Source: Octopus sinensis
Lineage: Eukaryota
Direction of reading: 5' to 3'
Assembly (NCBI RefSeq): GCF_006345805.1
Contig: NC_043005.1
Coordinates: 744,001-808,000 of the forward strand
DNA length: 64,000 bases
How positions within the stretch are numbered: the first letter of the stretch is position 1; each line of letters starts with the position of its first letter. Under the pieces are notes generated by a model that was given only the letters and a program-made list of their open reading frames with translations, was not told where the DNA came from and ran no database searches. Of this stretch, positions 52,670 to 64,000 are shown piece by piece. A program made the position numbers and the translations under genes.

Positions 52670-52781
52670 CACGTGACAGCAACATGGCACACGTCTTCAG
52701 AGAGAGGCCACCAGACGGTGTTGGTCGGTGGCACGTGCCTCGGCATCTCACCCACACGTGGCTTCATCATATTTCCACGTT
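52670..52781. promoter_or_regulatory. Candidate E-box cluster enhancer
   Basis: CACGTG at 52670, 52732 and 52755, CACGTC at 52690 and CACGTT at 52776, in non-repetitive CpG-rich sequence. Confidence 0.35.
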
Positions 52782-53206
52782 TGCACACTTTGAATCAGGA
52801 ACCGGAGATTTTATTTTTTTAAACTAATTCTAATCCTCTTCTGTTTTTACAGAACATAGAATCTCTTCCTCCTGGAAACAACCCTCCAAGACATCTTCAG
52901 CTTCAGTCTTCACCTTTTCTTCAAAGTTTAATTTTAAATCCTTCAACAGCTTTTGTTTTATGGCAAATCACAAAAACCAACTTTTAAAAGCAAGAATCCC
53001 AGCAACTCTGGTCTGCACTATCTATTGCCTGCGAGGCTGGCAGGCTGTCTCTGTACGTGGTCACTTGATTTGCTAAAAATAGCAGCTAAATTTCATTCAA
53101 ATCACATACTGCCGCCTTTAAAAATATAGGAAAATATAGGACACATTGGGTAATGTAGCCCTAGATATACTACTGGAAGAAGAAGAAGAAGAAGAAGAAG
53201 AAGAAT

Positions 53207-53575
53207 TCTTTTTGTTTCAGTCATTAGACTATGGCCATGATGGGGCACTGCATTGAAGAATTTCTAGTCGAAGGAATCGATTCCCAATACTTTTTTAAGC
53301 CTAGTACTTTTTCTATCGGCTACTTTCGCCGAACCGCTAAGTCACAGAGATTTAAACATACCAACATCAATTGTCAAGTTGTGGTGGGAGACAGACAGAC
53401 ACAAACACATATACATACATACGTATCCATAAATACACACACACACGACGGGCTTCTTTCAGTTTCCAACTGCGAAATCCACCCACAAGGCTTTGGTCTA
53501 CCTGAGGCTGTAGTGGTAGACATTTGTCCAAGGTTCTTGGCAGCGAGACTGAACCCGGAACCATGTGGCTGAGAT
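53207..53575 (-). mobile_element. SINE family B nested in an older repeat
   Basis: Family B blocks. The older repeat (~53050-53175; related copies at 20345 and 23365) resumes at ~53580. Confidence 0.75.
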
Positions 53576-53930
53576 GCAACTGGGGCTAAATAACAACATT
53601 ATCAATGTGTGATAGTGTGGCATATGCGATGCGGTCGACTGAAAAATACCTGGGAAAAGCAACAGAATTCATCGCACAGCTTTTTCCTTTTTAGATCTAA
53701 AAAAAAAAAACAACGAACAGGGGAGATAACTCTAATAAAATCATTTGATGAAATGTTTAGTGAATGTTGACAATTTAGAAGGAAGACGGTTTGGCCTTTA
53801 AAACCAACCGGTGGATGTAAGGGACATGTTTCTGTCTTATGAGACCACCTCAGTAAAATATTCTACTTACTTGACAAGAATAAGTACATAAGTGTCTATA
53901 TGTGTATGTGTGTGCGTGCATTGTTGTGTA

Positions 53931-53996
<66 letters not shown>

Positions 53997-54478
53997 CCTA
54001 CCTATCTGTCTGTCTGTCTGCCTATACACGCACGCGCGCACACACACACACACACACCGAAATAGAGGGGATTTAGTGACACTCAGCTATCAGTGATCGA
54101 AGGCAAAATACCTCAGGGCTCAAAGGGGAAGTCTTCTGTATATGGAAGAGAAACACAGCTGGATCTTAGATAAGGTGACTGGTATTTGTTTGATCCAAAT
54201 GTTGTTAAGACAAAATAAAATAAAATGAACGACGCTGGTTGGGATTGAACGTAGAAAGACGAGGTTTCAATATTTGTAGACCAAAACACGACACCGTCTA
54301 CAGAAGAGCTGACACAGCTTTTTAAACTTTCTCAATGCTAATCATTTGTCATATATCAATTGATTTCTGCTGCAATCGAACATTGTGTTCGAACTCGCTA
54401 GAGATTAATCTACCTGCTTATCCGTTGCCAACCTTCCAATCTTGTGACAGAGTGACGCGTTACTGTCTTTATTGTGCT

Positions 54479-54512
<34 letters not shown>

Positions 54513-54613
54513 ATATATATTATATATATTATATATTATATATATATTATATTAAACATTATTGGTGAATTGAAGAAATGGAGCTGAACGCAGATTGAAC
54601 AGAAATCGTTTTA

Positions 54614-54704
54614 TTTCATTCTACACGTGTTTCGAAAGGCACAAATTACCAAAATCCGATTGAATAATTGGGACCATATTGTGTCTTTCTCTTCAGAAGA
54701 AAAA
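54614..54704 (-). ncRNA. Type I hammerhead ribozyme in the left PLE arm
   Basis: Reverse complement reads TTCTT-CTGAAGA-GAAAGACACAA...TTGTGCCTTTC-GAAAC-ACGT-GTA-GAATGAAA. Stem III ACACGTGT is palindromic. Confidence 0.8.
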
Positions 54705-55699
54705 AGGAAATCCGTTGGAAAAAAAAAAACAGAACAGAGGCCAGAGCAAAAAACAAATCGAACTGTGCTCCTAAGAGCCCATGGCGAAACTGTTTATCAG
54801 TGTATGTTGAGAACCGGTGGCTGAAGAATTCAACAGGTCAGGCATCGGTCAAACATGTGGGTGGGGGTGTATAGATGTTCTTTGTGACCGAGAATAAAGT
54901 TCTGACTATTTAAAGAATATTGGATGTTTTATAAGGGGCGAGAAAAAATCTACTTAGAGACGTGTGTGTGTGTATCTGTTCTATATATGTGTGCGTTGGC
55001 GTAGGGGTAGAAAAAAACATTTTTTGTGTACGTGTGTGCGTTTGATCGTTCGGCTGTCAGTGGCTACTGCCGTGATAACCGTTGGGTGGCAGAAAGAAAA
55101 AAATAAAGAAATTATATATATATATTTTATGTTTTATGTGTGTGTGTGTGTGTTCATCTAAGCCTACCTTGACAAGGAAACCCCCCGCTGTGAAAAAACA
55201 AGCCCCGTTTGTCTACAGGAGTAATTTCCCTTGCAGTGGTTAATTGTAGATATCTTTAAAATCTATTTCAGAATTTGTTACAAGGGCTATGGGTGCCGGT
55301 CTTATTTATGAACGCTATTTTAAAGGCCAGATAAGTGTAACGCCGCCAATGGGGGCATCGAAAAGCCGACTGTAAGAGCCCGTTACCATCCGGCCTCTGG
55401 CAACAAAAATAGGAAGAGTTCGGAGACACAAAGGTTGCACTGTCTTCTGCCCCTATCAAATGGGAGGGCCACCGACAAAATTGACCATTCCAGCCTATAG
55501 CTTAAGTTCGCATCCTTCAGTCGCCATATTAGCTTACTGAGTCCCGTGGTCTGGCGCTTGTTCGCGTCCCGAAAAGTTGCGTAATGGTTGGAGACACGCA
55601 AAGACAATCTTGAGGACGATGCCCCTATATAAGTGAAGGCATCTGAGTCCGTGTAAACCTTGCATTGGTAGACGGCGTTTTTGATCTTGGAGTTGTTCG

Positions 55700-58370
55700 A
55701 GATTGATGCGTCCCTTAAGGATATTCCTATACCACCAAAGGATGCCTTGCCTTAAGGAGTTGGTTTGTAAAACCAACGCATTCATAAACCGATATAAGAT
55801 GGCTCATTTCTTCCACGAGAACGAAGATCTAAAATCGAACCGGACAACTGCATCGTCCGAATACGGCCGGCTTTTAAAACATTGGATACGCCGCCACCGA
55901 ACCCAAGACTGAAGAAGTTGAGGACGACTTGTGGGACATAGTCAGAAAGATTAAGTTCAGGAAGTCACCCAGGAGAAATGCCCACCTCAGATACCTAGAT
56001 AAATTACCAAGGACATTAATAGAACGGACGGAGTCCTGTCCAGTCCGACAAGACCAGGAACACATACAAGATGCCATTAAGCAGTACCTAGATTTACTCG
56101 GTAAAGAGATCAAGAAAAAATTATAGAAAAACCAATTGGAGTACCCTGAGGAAGGTAAACTTGGAAATTAAGGATATAATATTTAAACACCGAATTCAAA
56201 TGAGAACTCAGCCGCTTAGCCCCAAGCAACCCAGATTTATAGTGAAGGACCAAAACCTAACTTCCACACCAACCCAGCGCTAAGACTCATATGCCCTGCT
56301 AGATCTGATATCGGGATAATCAGTAAGTACATTTTAGATAAATATATCCCTAGTTTAGTAAACAAGCTGAAGCTCAGCCTCTGGGCCAACTCCTCGCAGG
56401 TAGTGAAGTGGTTCTCTTCCATCCCCAATAAGAACCGTACTAGGTTCATTCAGTTTGATATCGCCAGCTTCTACCCCTCGATTAACCCTAGTGTGCTAAA
56501 TAAGGCCTCTGGCATGCTCACAACAAGGCAGGCCTCACCAGAGAAGAGATAGATATCATTTTAGTTGCCAGGAAATCGTTTATTAAGTTTGATAATAGCT
56601 GTGGATCCGTAAGGATACTCCCAATGAATTTGATGTGCCTATGGGTAGTTCGGATAGTGCGCAGATAGCCGATTTGGTCGGAATATATATTCTCTACGAA
56701 TTGTCCGATCAATTCCCGGAAATCGCGGGCGGCCTGTATCGTGACGATTGTCTGTTTTACCTGCAAAACACCACGAACAGAATAGTGCAGAAAACTAAGA
56801 GCAGGTTAGCTAGGTTTTTTAATAGAATGGGCATGAGTATAGTTTTGATAACGAACTCACCAAGGCTAATTTCCTAGACGTTACACTTAACCTTAATAGC
56901 GACTCATACTGCCCTTACCATAAGCCTTCCACTAATTTGAAGTATGTCAGTGTCTTCTCAAATCATGCCAAAACCGTAACAGACAATTTGGTTAAAACAT
57001 CTCTCTAAGATTGTCTGCTGGCCTGCCGCCAGTGCCGATATTTTATGCAGAAAGCGGATTTTTTATAACGCCGCACTATCCAAGGCCGGTTATAGGCAGA
57101 AGGTAATTTATATTGATCCGGCCCTTCCGATGCCATCATTCGGTCATCAGGATAGGGCCGTATATAATAACATTAACATTTTAAGTAAGGACGGGAGCGC
57201 GGCGGATACCGGGGTAGTCGCTCCCGCATTTAATTTAGCGAACAAGGATAATTATCGGTCCGGGAGGTCTTACACTAACCCAAGACCCGTTATTCATCCG
57301 AGAATCACCCACCCAAATGCGAGAGCTGGCGTCCCGACCCATCACACTGATAGGAATAAGCATATATGGTTTGTAATCCCCTTTGGTAAGCAGATTAGAA
57401 CTAACCTCCCCCTCATGTTTAGACAAGCCATCGCCAATAACTTCCCCAGAAATTCCAATATTACTCACGGTTAACTCACATAAAGTTAGGATAGCTTTCT
57501 CCAACACTAAAAACCTCGCCCAGATAATCGCCTCCCATAATAATAGGCTACTTACTAAGACCCTATCACCTTTTTCGGAGGCACAGCCTCTTCCGCTCCC
57601 GGCTTAATGCTCAGTAGGAATAATTATAGTAGTAATAATGATATGAGAGCCAGTACAGTGACACAAATCTCAGCTCCAGCCGGGGTACCCACTAGGGGTA
57701 TAGTTATAAATAGGGGTGTTGTGGTTGATGGTAACAATGGGAGTAGGGTAGAGAGCCCCTTTAGCATCCCCAGCATCATTTCCCGCAATAGCAGTACCAC
57801 GGCCAGGAGTAGTAGCAATGACAGCACTCTGATAGATAGTGGAGAATCAGGGGTTATTCCTATAGTTAATAGTGACGTAGTGGAAAATAGAGTAGTAAGC
57901 GGCTGCAGGTCTCGGAACGAATATAGTGACAGGAACGCAGTTCTAATTTCAGAAACCAATCCTAGCAGAGTAAGATTCACGTCGGCGAACTCCAAGATCA
58001 AAACGCCGTCTACCATGCAAGGTTTACACGGACTCAGATGCCTTCACTTATATAGGGGCATCGTCCTCAAGATTGTCTTTGCGTGTCTCCAACCATTACG
58101 AACTTTCGGGACGCGAACAAGCGCCAGACCACGGGACTCAGTAAGCTAATATGGCGACTGAAGGATGCGAACTTAAGCTATAGGCTGGAATGGTCAATTT
58201 TGTCGGTGGGCCCTCATTTGATAGGGGCCAGAAGACAGTGCAACCTTTGTGTCTCCGAACTCTTCCATATTTTGTTTGCCAGGAGGCCGGATGGTAAACG
58301 GGCTCTTACAGTCGGCTTTTCTTTGATGCCCCCATTGGCGGGCGTTACACTTATCTGGCCTTTAAATAGC
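55700..58370 (+). pseudogene. PLE polyprotein, frameshifted in this assembly
   Basis: Across frames: KDIPIPP, SDKTRNTYKM, LRLICPARSDIGIISK, FIQFDIASFYPSI, FDVPMGSSDSAQIADLVG, GGLYRDDCL, FLDVTLNL, PYHKP, SNH, IWFVIPF, IIASHN. Then the endonuclease: AVYQC...YIG...RVSNHY...TGLSKLIW...CNLC...CPH (partly read from the inverted arm). Confidence 0.9.
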
Positions 58371-58967
58371 GTTTATAAATAAGACCGGCACCCATAGCCC
58401 TTGGTAACAAATTCTGAAATAGATTTTAAGATATCTACAATTAACCACTGCAAGGGAAATTACTCCTGTAAGACAAACGGGGCTTGTTTTTCACAGCGGG
58501 GGGTTTCCTTTCAAGGTAGGCTTAGATGAACACACACACACACACATAAAACATAAAATATATATATATAATTTCTTTATTTTTTCTTTCTGCACCCAAC
58601 GGTTATCACGGCAGTAGCCACTGACAGCCGAACGATCAAACGCACACACGTACACAAAAAATGTTTTCTACCCCTACGCCAACACACACATATATAGAAC
58701 AGTATACACACACACACGTCTCTAAGTAGATTTTTTCTCGCCCCTTATAAAACATCCAATATATTTTAAATAGTCAGAACTTATTCTCGGTCACAAAGAA
58801 CATCATACACCCCCACCATGTTTGGACGATGCCTGACCTGTGAATTCTTCAGCCACCGGTTCTCAACATACACTGATAAACAGTTTCGCCATGGGCTCTT
58901 AGGAGCACAGTTCGATTTGTTTTTTGCTCTGCCTCTGGTCTGTTTTTGTTTCCAACGGATTTCCTTT

Positions 58968-59058
58968 TTTCTTCCTGAAGAGAAAGACACATATGGTCCC
59001 ATTATTCAATCGGATTTGGGTAATTTGTGCCTTTCGAAACACGTTTTGTAGAATGAAA
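58968..59058 (+). ncRNA. Type I hammerhead ribozyme in the right PLE arm
   Basis: TTC-CTGAAGA(58975-58981)-GAAAGACACA...TGTGCCTTTC-GAAAC(59036-59040)-ACGTTTT-GTA-GAA, followed by AATAAA. Confidence 0.78.
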
Positions 59059-59095
59059 TAAAACGATTTCTGTTCAATCTGCGTTCAGCTCCATT

Positions 59096-59195
59096 NNNNN
59101 NNNNNNNNNNNNNNNNNNNNNNNNNNNNNNNNNNNNNNNNNNNNNNNNNNNNNNNNNNNNNNNNNNNNNNNNNNNNNNNNNNNNNNNNNNNNNNN
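59096..59195. other. Assembly gap (100 N)
   Basis: Seen directly. Confidence 1.
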
Positions 59196-59875
59196 TATAT
59201 ATATATATATCTATGACAGTCTTCTTTAGTTTCCGTCTCCCAATCCACTCACAAGGCTTTGGTCGGCCGAGACTATACTCGGAAGACATTCTGCCCAAAA
59301 TGCCACCCAGTGGGGACGAACTCGAAAACTTTGTTAGGTAAGCAAGCTAATTCCCATTCAGACACTACTGTTTGTTAAACCGGACAAGTTCAGGCCCGTC
59401 CTAATTGTTTGTATGCAAATGAGTTCATTAATGTGATCCGGAACTTTCACGGCTGGTTCTTATGAGACGATGCAACCAGCTTGGGTATAGGTGGACTGTG
59501 CTCACACACGCACAAACACTCGCACGTCCGCACCCACGAATATAGATACATGCAAAGACGCAATCTCGTACCTATTATGTCTTAAATATGTTGACCTTAA
59601 AACTGAGACATTCTGGAAACACACGTCCGCACTTATGCACATAGATACATGCATATAGGCAAACTCGTAGCTATTTATGTTTTAAACATGTTGACCTTTA
59701 AACCATGACATTCTGTGTCTGTTTGTGCACGCATTTCTGTGAGAATGATTGATCACGAACCGTAAATTTTGGAGTCAATCCGACGGGATGTAGTGGTCTT
59801 TAAACCGTTCCAGACAAACAAACAAACAAACTTTTCGCATTTCAGTTTTATAAATATATATATATATATGCTGCT

Positions 59876-60046
59876 AGGCGTAGGAGCGGCTTTGTGATAA
59901 GTAGCTTGCTTACGAACCACTGTGTTCTGGGTTCAGTCCCACTGCGTGGAACCTTGGACAAGTGTCTTCAACTATAGCCTCGGGGTGACCAAAGCCTTGT
60001 GAATAGATTTCGTAGACGGAAACTAAATGAAGCCCATCGTGTGTGT

Positions 60047-60095
<49 letters not shown>

Positions 60096-60297
60096 TATAT
60101 ATATATATACATATACGTTTGTATGCCTCTTTATCCATTGAACAGCGCTTGACAAACGATGCTGCTGTTTTCACGCACCCGTAACTGAATGGTTCGGCAA
60201 AAGAGAATAGGTCCTGGGCTCTATTTGTTTGACTGAAGGCGGTGCTCCAACATGGCCGCAGTCAAATAACTGAAAGTAGCAAAAGTGAGTGAAAGAG
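59876..60297 (+). mobile_element. SINE family B
   Basis: AGGCGTAGGAGCGGCTTTGTGATAAGTAGCTTGCTT head through GGCGGTGCTCCAACATGGCCGCAGTC tail. Confidence 0.88.
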
Positions 60298-60394
60298 TAA
60301 TTAGCGAAAACAGTGTATATTCTGTTGTGTCTGGGGATAGTCTTTCTCTTTTAGTGCCTTATTATTAAATACACACTCACCAGTAAAAATTCAA

Positions 60395-60860
60395 GGAGTG
60401 ATATTAGTAGAGGCCAGAGCCCATGGAGAACTAGCCCGTAGATTTAGAAAAGCTCTGAAAGAGACCAAACTCAACATTAAAATTGTTGAAAAGCCAAGGA
60501 ACTCCGTCAGGTCACAATTATGAAGGACATGCCCGTTTAAGAATACCATATGCACAATTGATAACTGCATGGCATGTAGAATTAGCCCTGGTATTAACTG
60601 TAGAACTCGAAATGTAGTTTACAATATAAGATGCATAGAAGATGCTTGTAAGGACATGAACATGATGTACATAGAGGAGACGTCTAAGAGCATTGCGGAA
60701 CGGATAAATGACATTTAAGACAACTTGACGACAGAAAACAGTCTTCTATACTCTACCAACATGCCAAAGACCACCATGGAGATAACTTGGATCAACCTGA
60801 CATCCGCATCTTATCCAAGCACCCCCCCCATCCCTGCTTTTCAATGCTAAACCCGATATA
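60395..60860 (+). mobile_element. Second, older PLE fragment: Cys-rich linker + GIY-YIG (Neptune-like)
   Basis: Not in the ORF track. Reads GELARRFRK..IKIVEKP..CPF..CTIDNCMAC..NCRTRNVVYNIRC..MYIEETSKSIAERI..H..SILYQHAKDHH, with a stop and a frameshift. Confidence 0.75.
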
Positions 60861-61719
60861 AACAGTCATCAACACTATAAATAAACCTGTTCAATCTCTA
60901 CTCTCCTCATCACCCCAAATCCCAACCCCTAGTTCAAACTTTGATCTCTTACTTGACTATTCTCTCTAAAAACCCTTCACAAATCCTCAAGCTGACCCTA
61001 ATATAGACTAAACTCTGAAAACCAATCCTAACAGCAAACCCACACCAAAATAAGAAAGACCACTTACCTTTGGCCATTTGGGATCTATAATACAAGGCAT
61101 GATATGCAAACAACAAGCAAAATATCAACCAACATTTGAAAGTCAAGTTTTATCTGTGTCGAATCATGATATACACTTGTTTAATAAATACAGTTGTCCT
61201 TACATTTACACAGTACATTGCTTCCACAAGTCATCAAACTAATCATTCTCATGCGAAATCAATTGTTTTTATTTATAAATAGAAACAAATTAATTATTGA
61301 AATTAATATAAGAAATACATTTAACGTGTATGTGTGTCATCATCATTTAACATTCGTTTTTCATGTTGTCATGGGTTGGACTATTTCACACTATCTGAGA
61401 TGAATTACTACACGTACATCTAATGTCTGTTTTCACATGGTTTCTATGTCTGAGAAAAGTTTTGGTAACACTGACACTAGTAAAATTAAAAAGTAAATTT
61501 CAAGGATGAGTGGACTGCTAGTAGTGAGAGAGGTGGCTTCATCCTAACCTGTAGTATGATAGAGAGACAGGCAGAGGTGTGTCGCTGTAGAGAAAGTACA
61601 TGGCTACCCTGCATATATGTATGTATATAGGTAGACATCGATTAGAGCGCTTTCTCATTGCTGATATGTTAACATATGCCTGATGTGTGCTTTAAAAATA
61701 AAGTGCTTGCACTGGCACT

Positions 61720-61870
61720 AATTTCTTCAGATGATGAAAATCACGGAGAGGATCATAGCCCAACTAATTAGGAAAAGACTTAATCTAGATGAGATGCAAT
61801 TTGTTTTGTATCAGGAAGAAACACCAGTCATGATATATTTCTGGTAAGAAACCCCAGAAGTACCTAACCA
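61720..61870 (+). mobile_element. RTE-like RT fragment
   Basis: QMMKITERIIAQLIRKRLNLDEMQF, homologous to ORF 3614-3847 (QVMKVTERVKAQLIRERVSLDEMQF). Confidence 0.7.
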
Positions 61871-61971
61871 AGTATAAACCTATGTACTTGACTTTTGTTG
61901 GTATCATAATCATTCAGGTAATAACAGATAAATATAAAACAGGCAGACCCTAGCAACTCCTCTATGCTGAT

Positions 61972-63896
61972 TACAGGATTACAACTAAACACACATATAT
62001 TACAATTTATTACATTACATTCAATTCGCCATATATTATTCATTTTATTATCCATCATCTTTCCCTTCACATTTCAGGTATACTGAAGACCCTTTACTTG
62101 TTGCTTCAGACTGCGTAAAATATTGGTGAAAGCAAACAGTTGTCAGACTTATTTATGACAAAAAGCGAGTCAGTATGACCAACGTACCCTGTCCTGCACC
62201 TGATTGCGCCATGAGTTGGCCTGTAAACAATCCATGGGAGAGAGTACTGACAAGCCTCATCGATCATCTGCAACAATGACACAGAATGTATGCACCTGCC
62301 ACCTACAACAAATACAACCCCCTCCTCCAACTACACTACCATTCCAGCCACTGAGGAAAAACGTTGTCGCCTGAGGAAGTAGCTGCTACAATACTACAGC
62401 TCCAGCACATTCAACGTCTGCAACCATCGGCAATTCTCCAAGATGTCTGACCAACCGATCCGCTTAATGCTAAACCAGTCGCCCACCATACGCCCATACC
62501 AGTCCTGGTTCATTGGCAAGAGGAAGTAAAAGCAGGTCTCGACCGGAATGTTCCACTTGGAGTTATCAAGCCTATTCCCATTGGTACATCTGTCAATTGG
62601 TGACAGACAATGGTGGTATGTCCTAACAGGTCTGGAAAACCATCTTAAAGGAGCATCGAATGGCGCACAGGCACTTAACACTGCCCTATCAGCTATGAGC
62701 TGACATTGTACCTTCTTCCACAATTGGGGAGAATCACTGCCATTGCATTTCCCCATGACAACTGCCGCGCCAAAGTCGGTATTGAGACAATAAAGGGCCT
62801 CGTTACAGACAACACTGACACCAATGGCTTCCTTAACACTGACAGTTTCCAGTGCACAATGCTACAATAAAGAAATACACCTGACTGGGACACACACTTG
62901 TCCCCAGCCATGTGCATCTTTGGCAGCCCTATACAATACTTTATTCCCATCCATCCCGGCAAGTACAAGCTACATTCCACATGGCATGAAACTATGACTT
63001 ATTGAAAAGAAGACCTGCGTAAACACAACATGAGTGCTACTGAACGGTTGTCAAAACACACATGCTCACTTCTTTCGAACTATGTCCTAATCCAGAGCCA
63101 AGTTTGACCCAATCCTACAAATGGGGGGAAAACTGGTGCCATTTAGATGTACGTCATTTCGATCTGTACATGTTGAGAGTGGATGGATCAGGCCAAAATT
63201 CCTCTGGAAGTATCTACTGCTTCTTCCTCATGGCCCACTGCTCATGGTGTCTGGACCACATGCGTTCCCTATGCCAACACCAGTGATGAGACTACCTTCT
63301 CAACCGACTTTAACAGCACCTCATGCAGCTGCAACACCAATGCCCACTTCCCGATTCCAAAATTACCATGACCAGAAATGCATCTCACCGCCTACCCACA
63401 GAGCCACGCCAACTTACCCCACCTTTACCACAAGTGGTCATACCCCAACACCCCTTGAAACCCCTGCTTTCCAAAAGTGACCCTTGCCTGATGCAGTTTA
63501 TCCTCATCCAGCAATTGTCCTGTTTGTCGCTCTGCCAGACTCGCAAAGACTGACACAAAAGCCTGATGCACAACTGACACGTTGCTCCTTGATCGTCACA
63601 CCGTCAATATTGATTAAGGGTCTCTTGCACTAATATTATTTTCGTTAATCATTTAATACATATTATTAGTCTTCTTTGCTTCTCTCAAAGGAATTGGGGA
63701 GGGCATAGAGGATGACAACTGAAACACTCATATATTATCATTTATTACATTACATTCAATTAGCCATACATTATTTGTTTCATTATCCAAATATTTTCCT
63801 TCACGTTTCAGGTATACCGAGGACCTTTTTTTCATTGCTTCAATCAGTGTACATAAAGTGTTTGTGAAAGCAAAGAGTTTTCACACTTATTTACTA
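61972..63896 (+). mobile_element. Internally deleted, old Gypsy-type LTR retrotransposon
   Basis: Diverged ~190-bp direct repeats at ~61972-62156 and ~63704-63896, with a polypurine tract (GGAATTGGGGAGGG) before the second. Internal remnants of the RT N-terminus (TPIPVLVHWQEEVKAGLDRNVPLGVIKPIP) and integrase ([33 protein letters not shown]). Confidence 0.8.
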
Positions 63897-64000
63897 ATGA
63901 GCTTCTTCTTATAGCTAAATCACTACCAGAACTAGAGAACAAATTGTGCGTACGGAAGCAAGGTCTAGAATTGAAAGGTCACAGAATTAACCTACCCAAC

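Larger units (their letters stand above)
54577..59095 (+). mobile_element. Penelope-like retroelement (RT + C-terminal GIY-YIG) with an inverted pseudo-LTR
   Basis: 54577-55695 is the reverse complement of ~57988-59095. The central region encodes a PLE RT. The element is flanked by (TA)n and its right end runs into the assembly gap. Confidence 0.92.

Noticed and set aside
57624-58016. 130-aa hydrophobic antisense ORF within the PLE
   Set aside because: Expected shadow of the Ser/Asn-rich (AGT/AAT) sense linker; no independent evidence.

Overview
AT-rich, microsatellite-dense eukaryotic DNA. The tRNA-derived SINE families and repeat landscape point to a coleoid cephalopod, probably Octopus (inference from recalled repeat sequences). 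No host protein-coding exon can be convincingly identified, and most ORFs in the supplied track are microsatellite or SINE artefacts. The real coding remnants are all transposable elements: two tail-to-tail RTE-clade LINEs (0.5-3.9 kb), a Chapaev3-like DNA transposon (31.8-33.2 kb), CR1, Tc1 and hAT fragments, a Penelope-like element (PLE; RT plus C-terminal GIY-YIG, 54.6-59.1 kb) with ~1.1-kb inverted pseudo-LTR arms, a second PLE endonuclease fragment (60.4 kb) and a deleted Gypsy LTR element (62.0-63.9 kb). The most notable signal is three unrelated inverted-repeat elements that each carry a type I hammerhead ribozyme motif: the autonomous-type PLE, a ~440-bp non-coding element (8.4-8.8 kb), and a 517-bp element (18.4-18.9 kb). 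The last combines a tRNA/Pol III head, a hammerhead, an inverted partial copy and an 11-bp target-site duplication, so it is a candidate Penelope-mobilised, ribozyme-bearing SINE. Also present: two kb-scale tandem duplications, an apparent CpG-decay boundary near 31 kb, an E-box cluster, and a 100-N gap at 59096-59195. All alignments and folds were done by eye.
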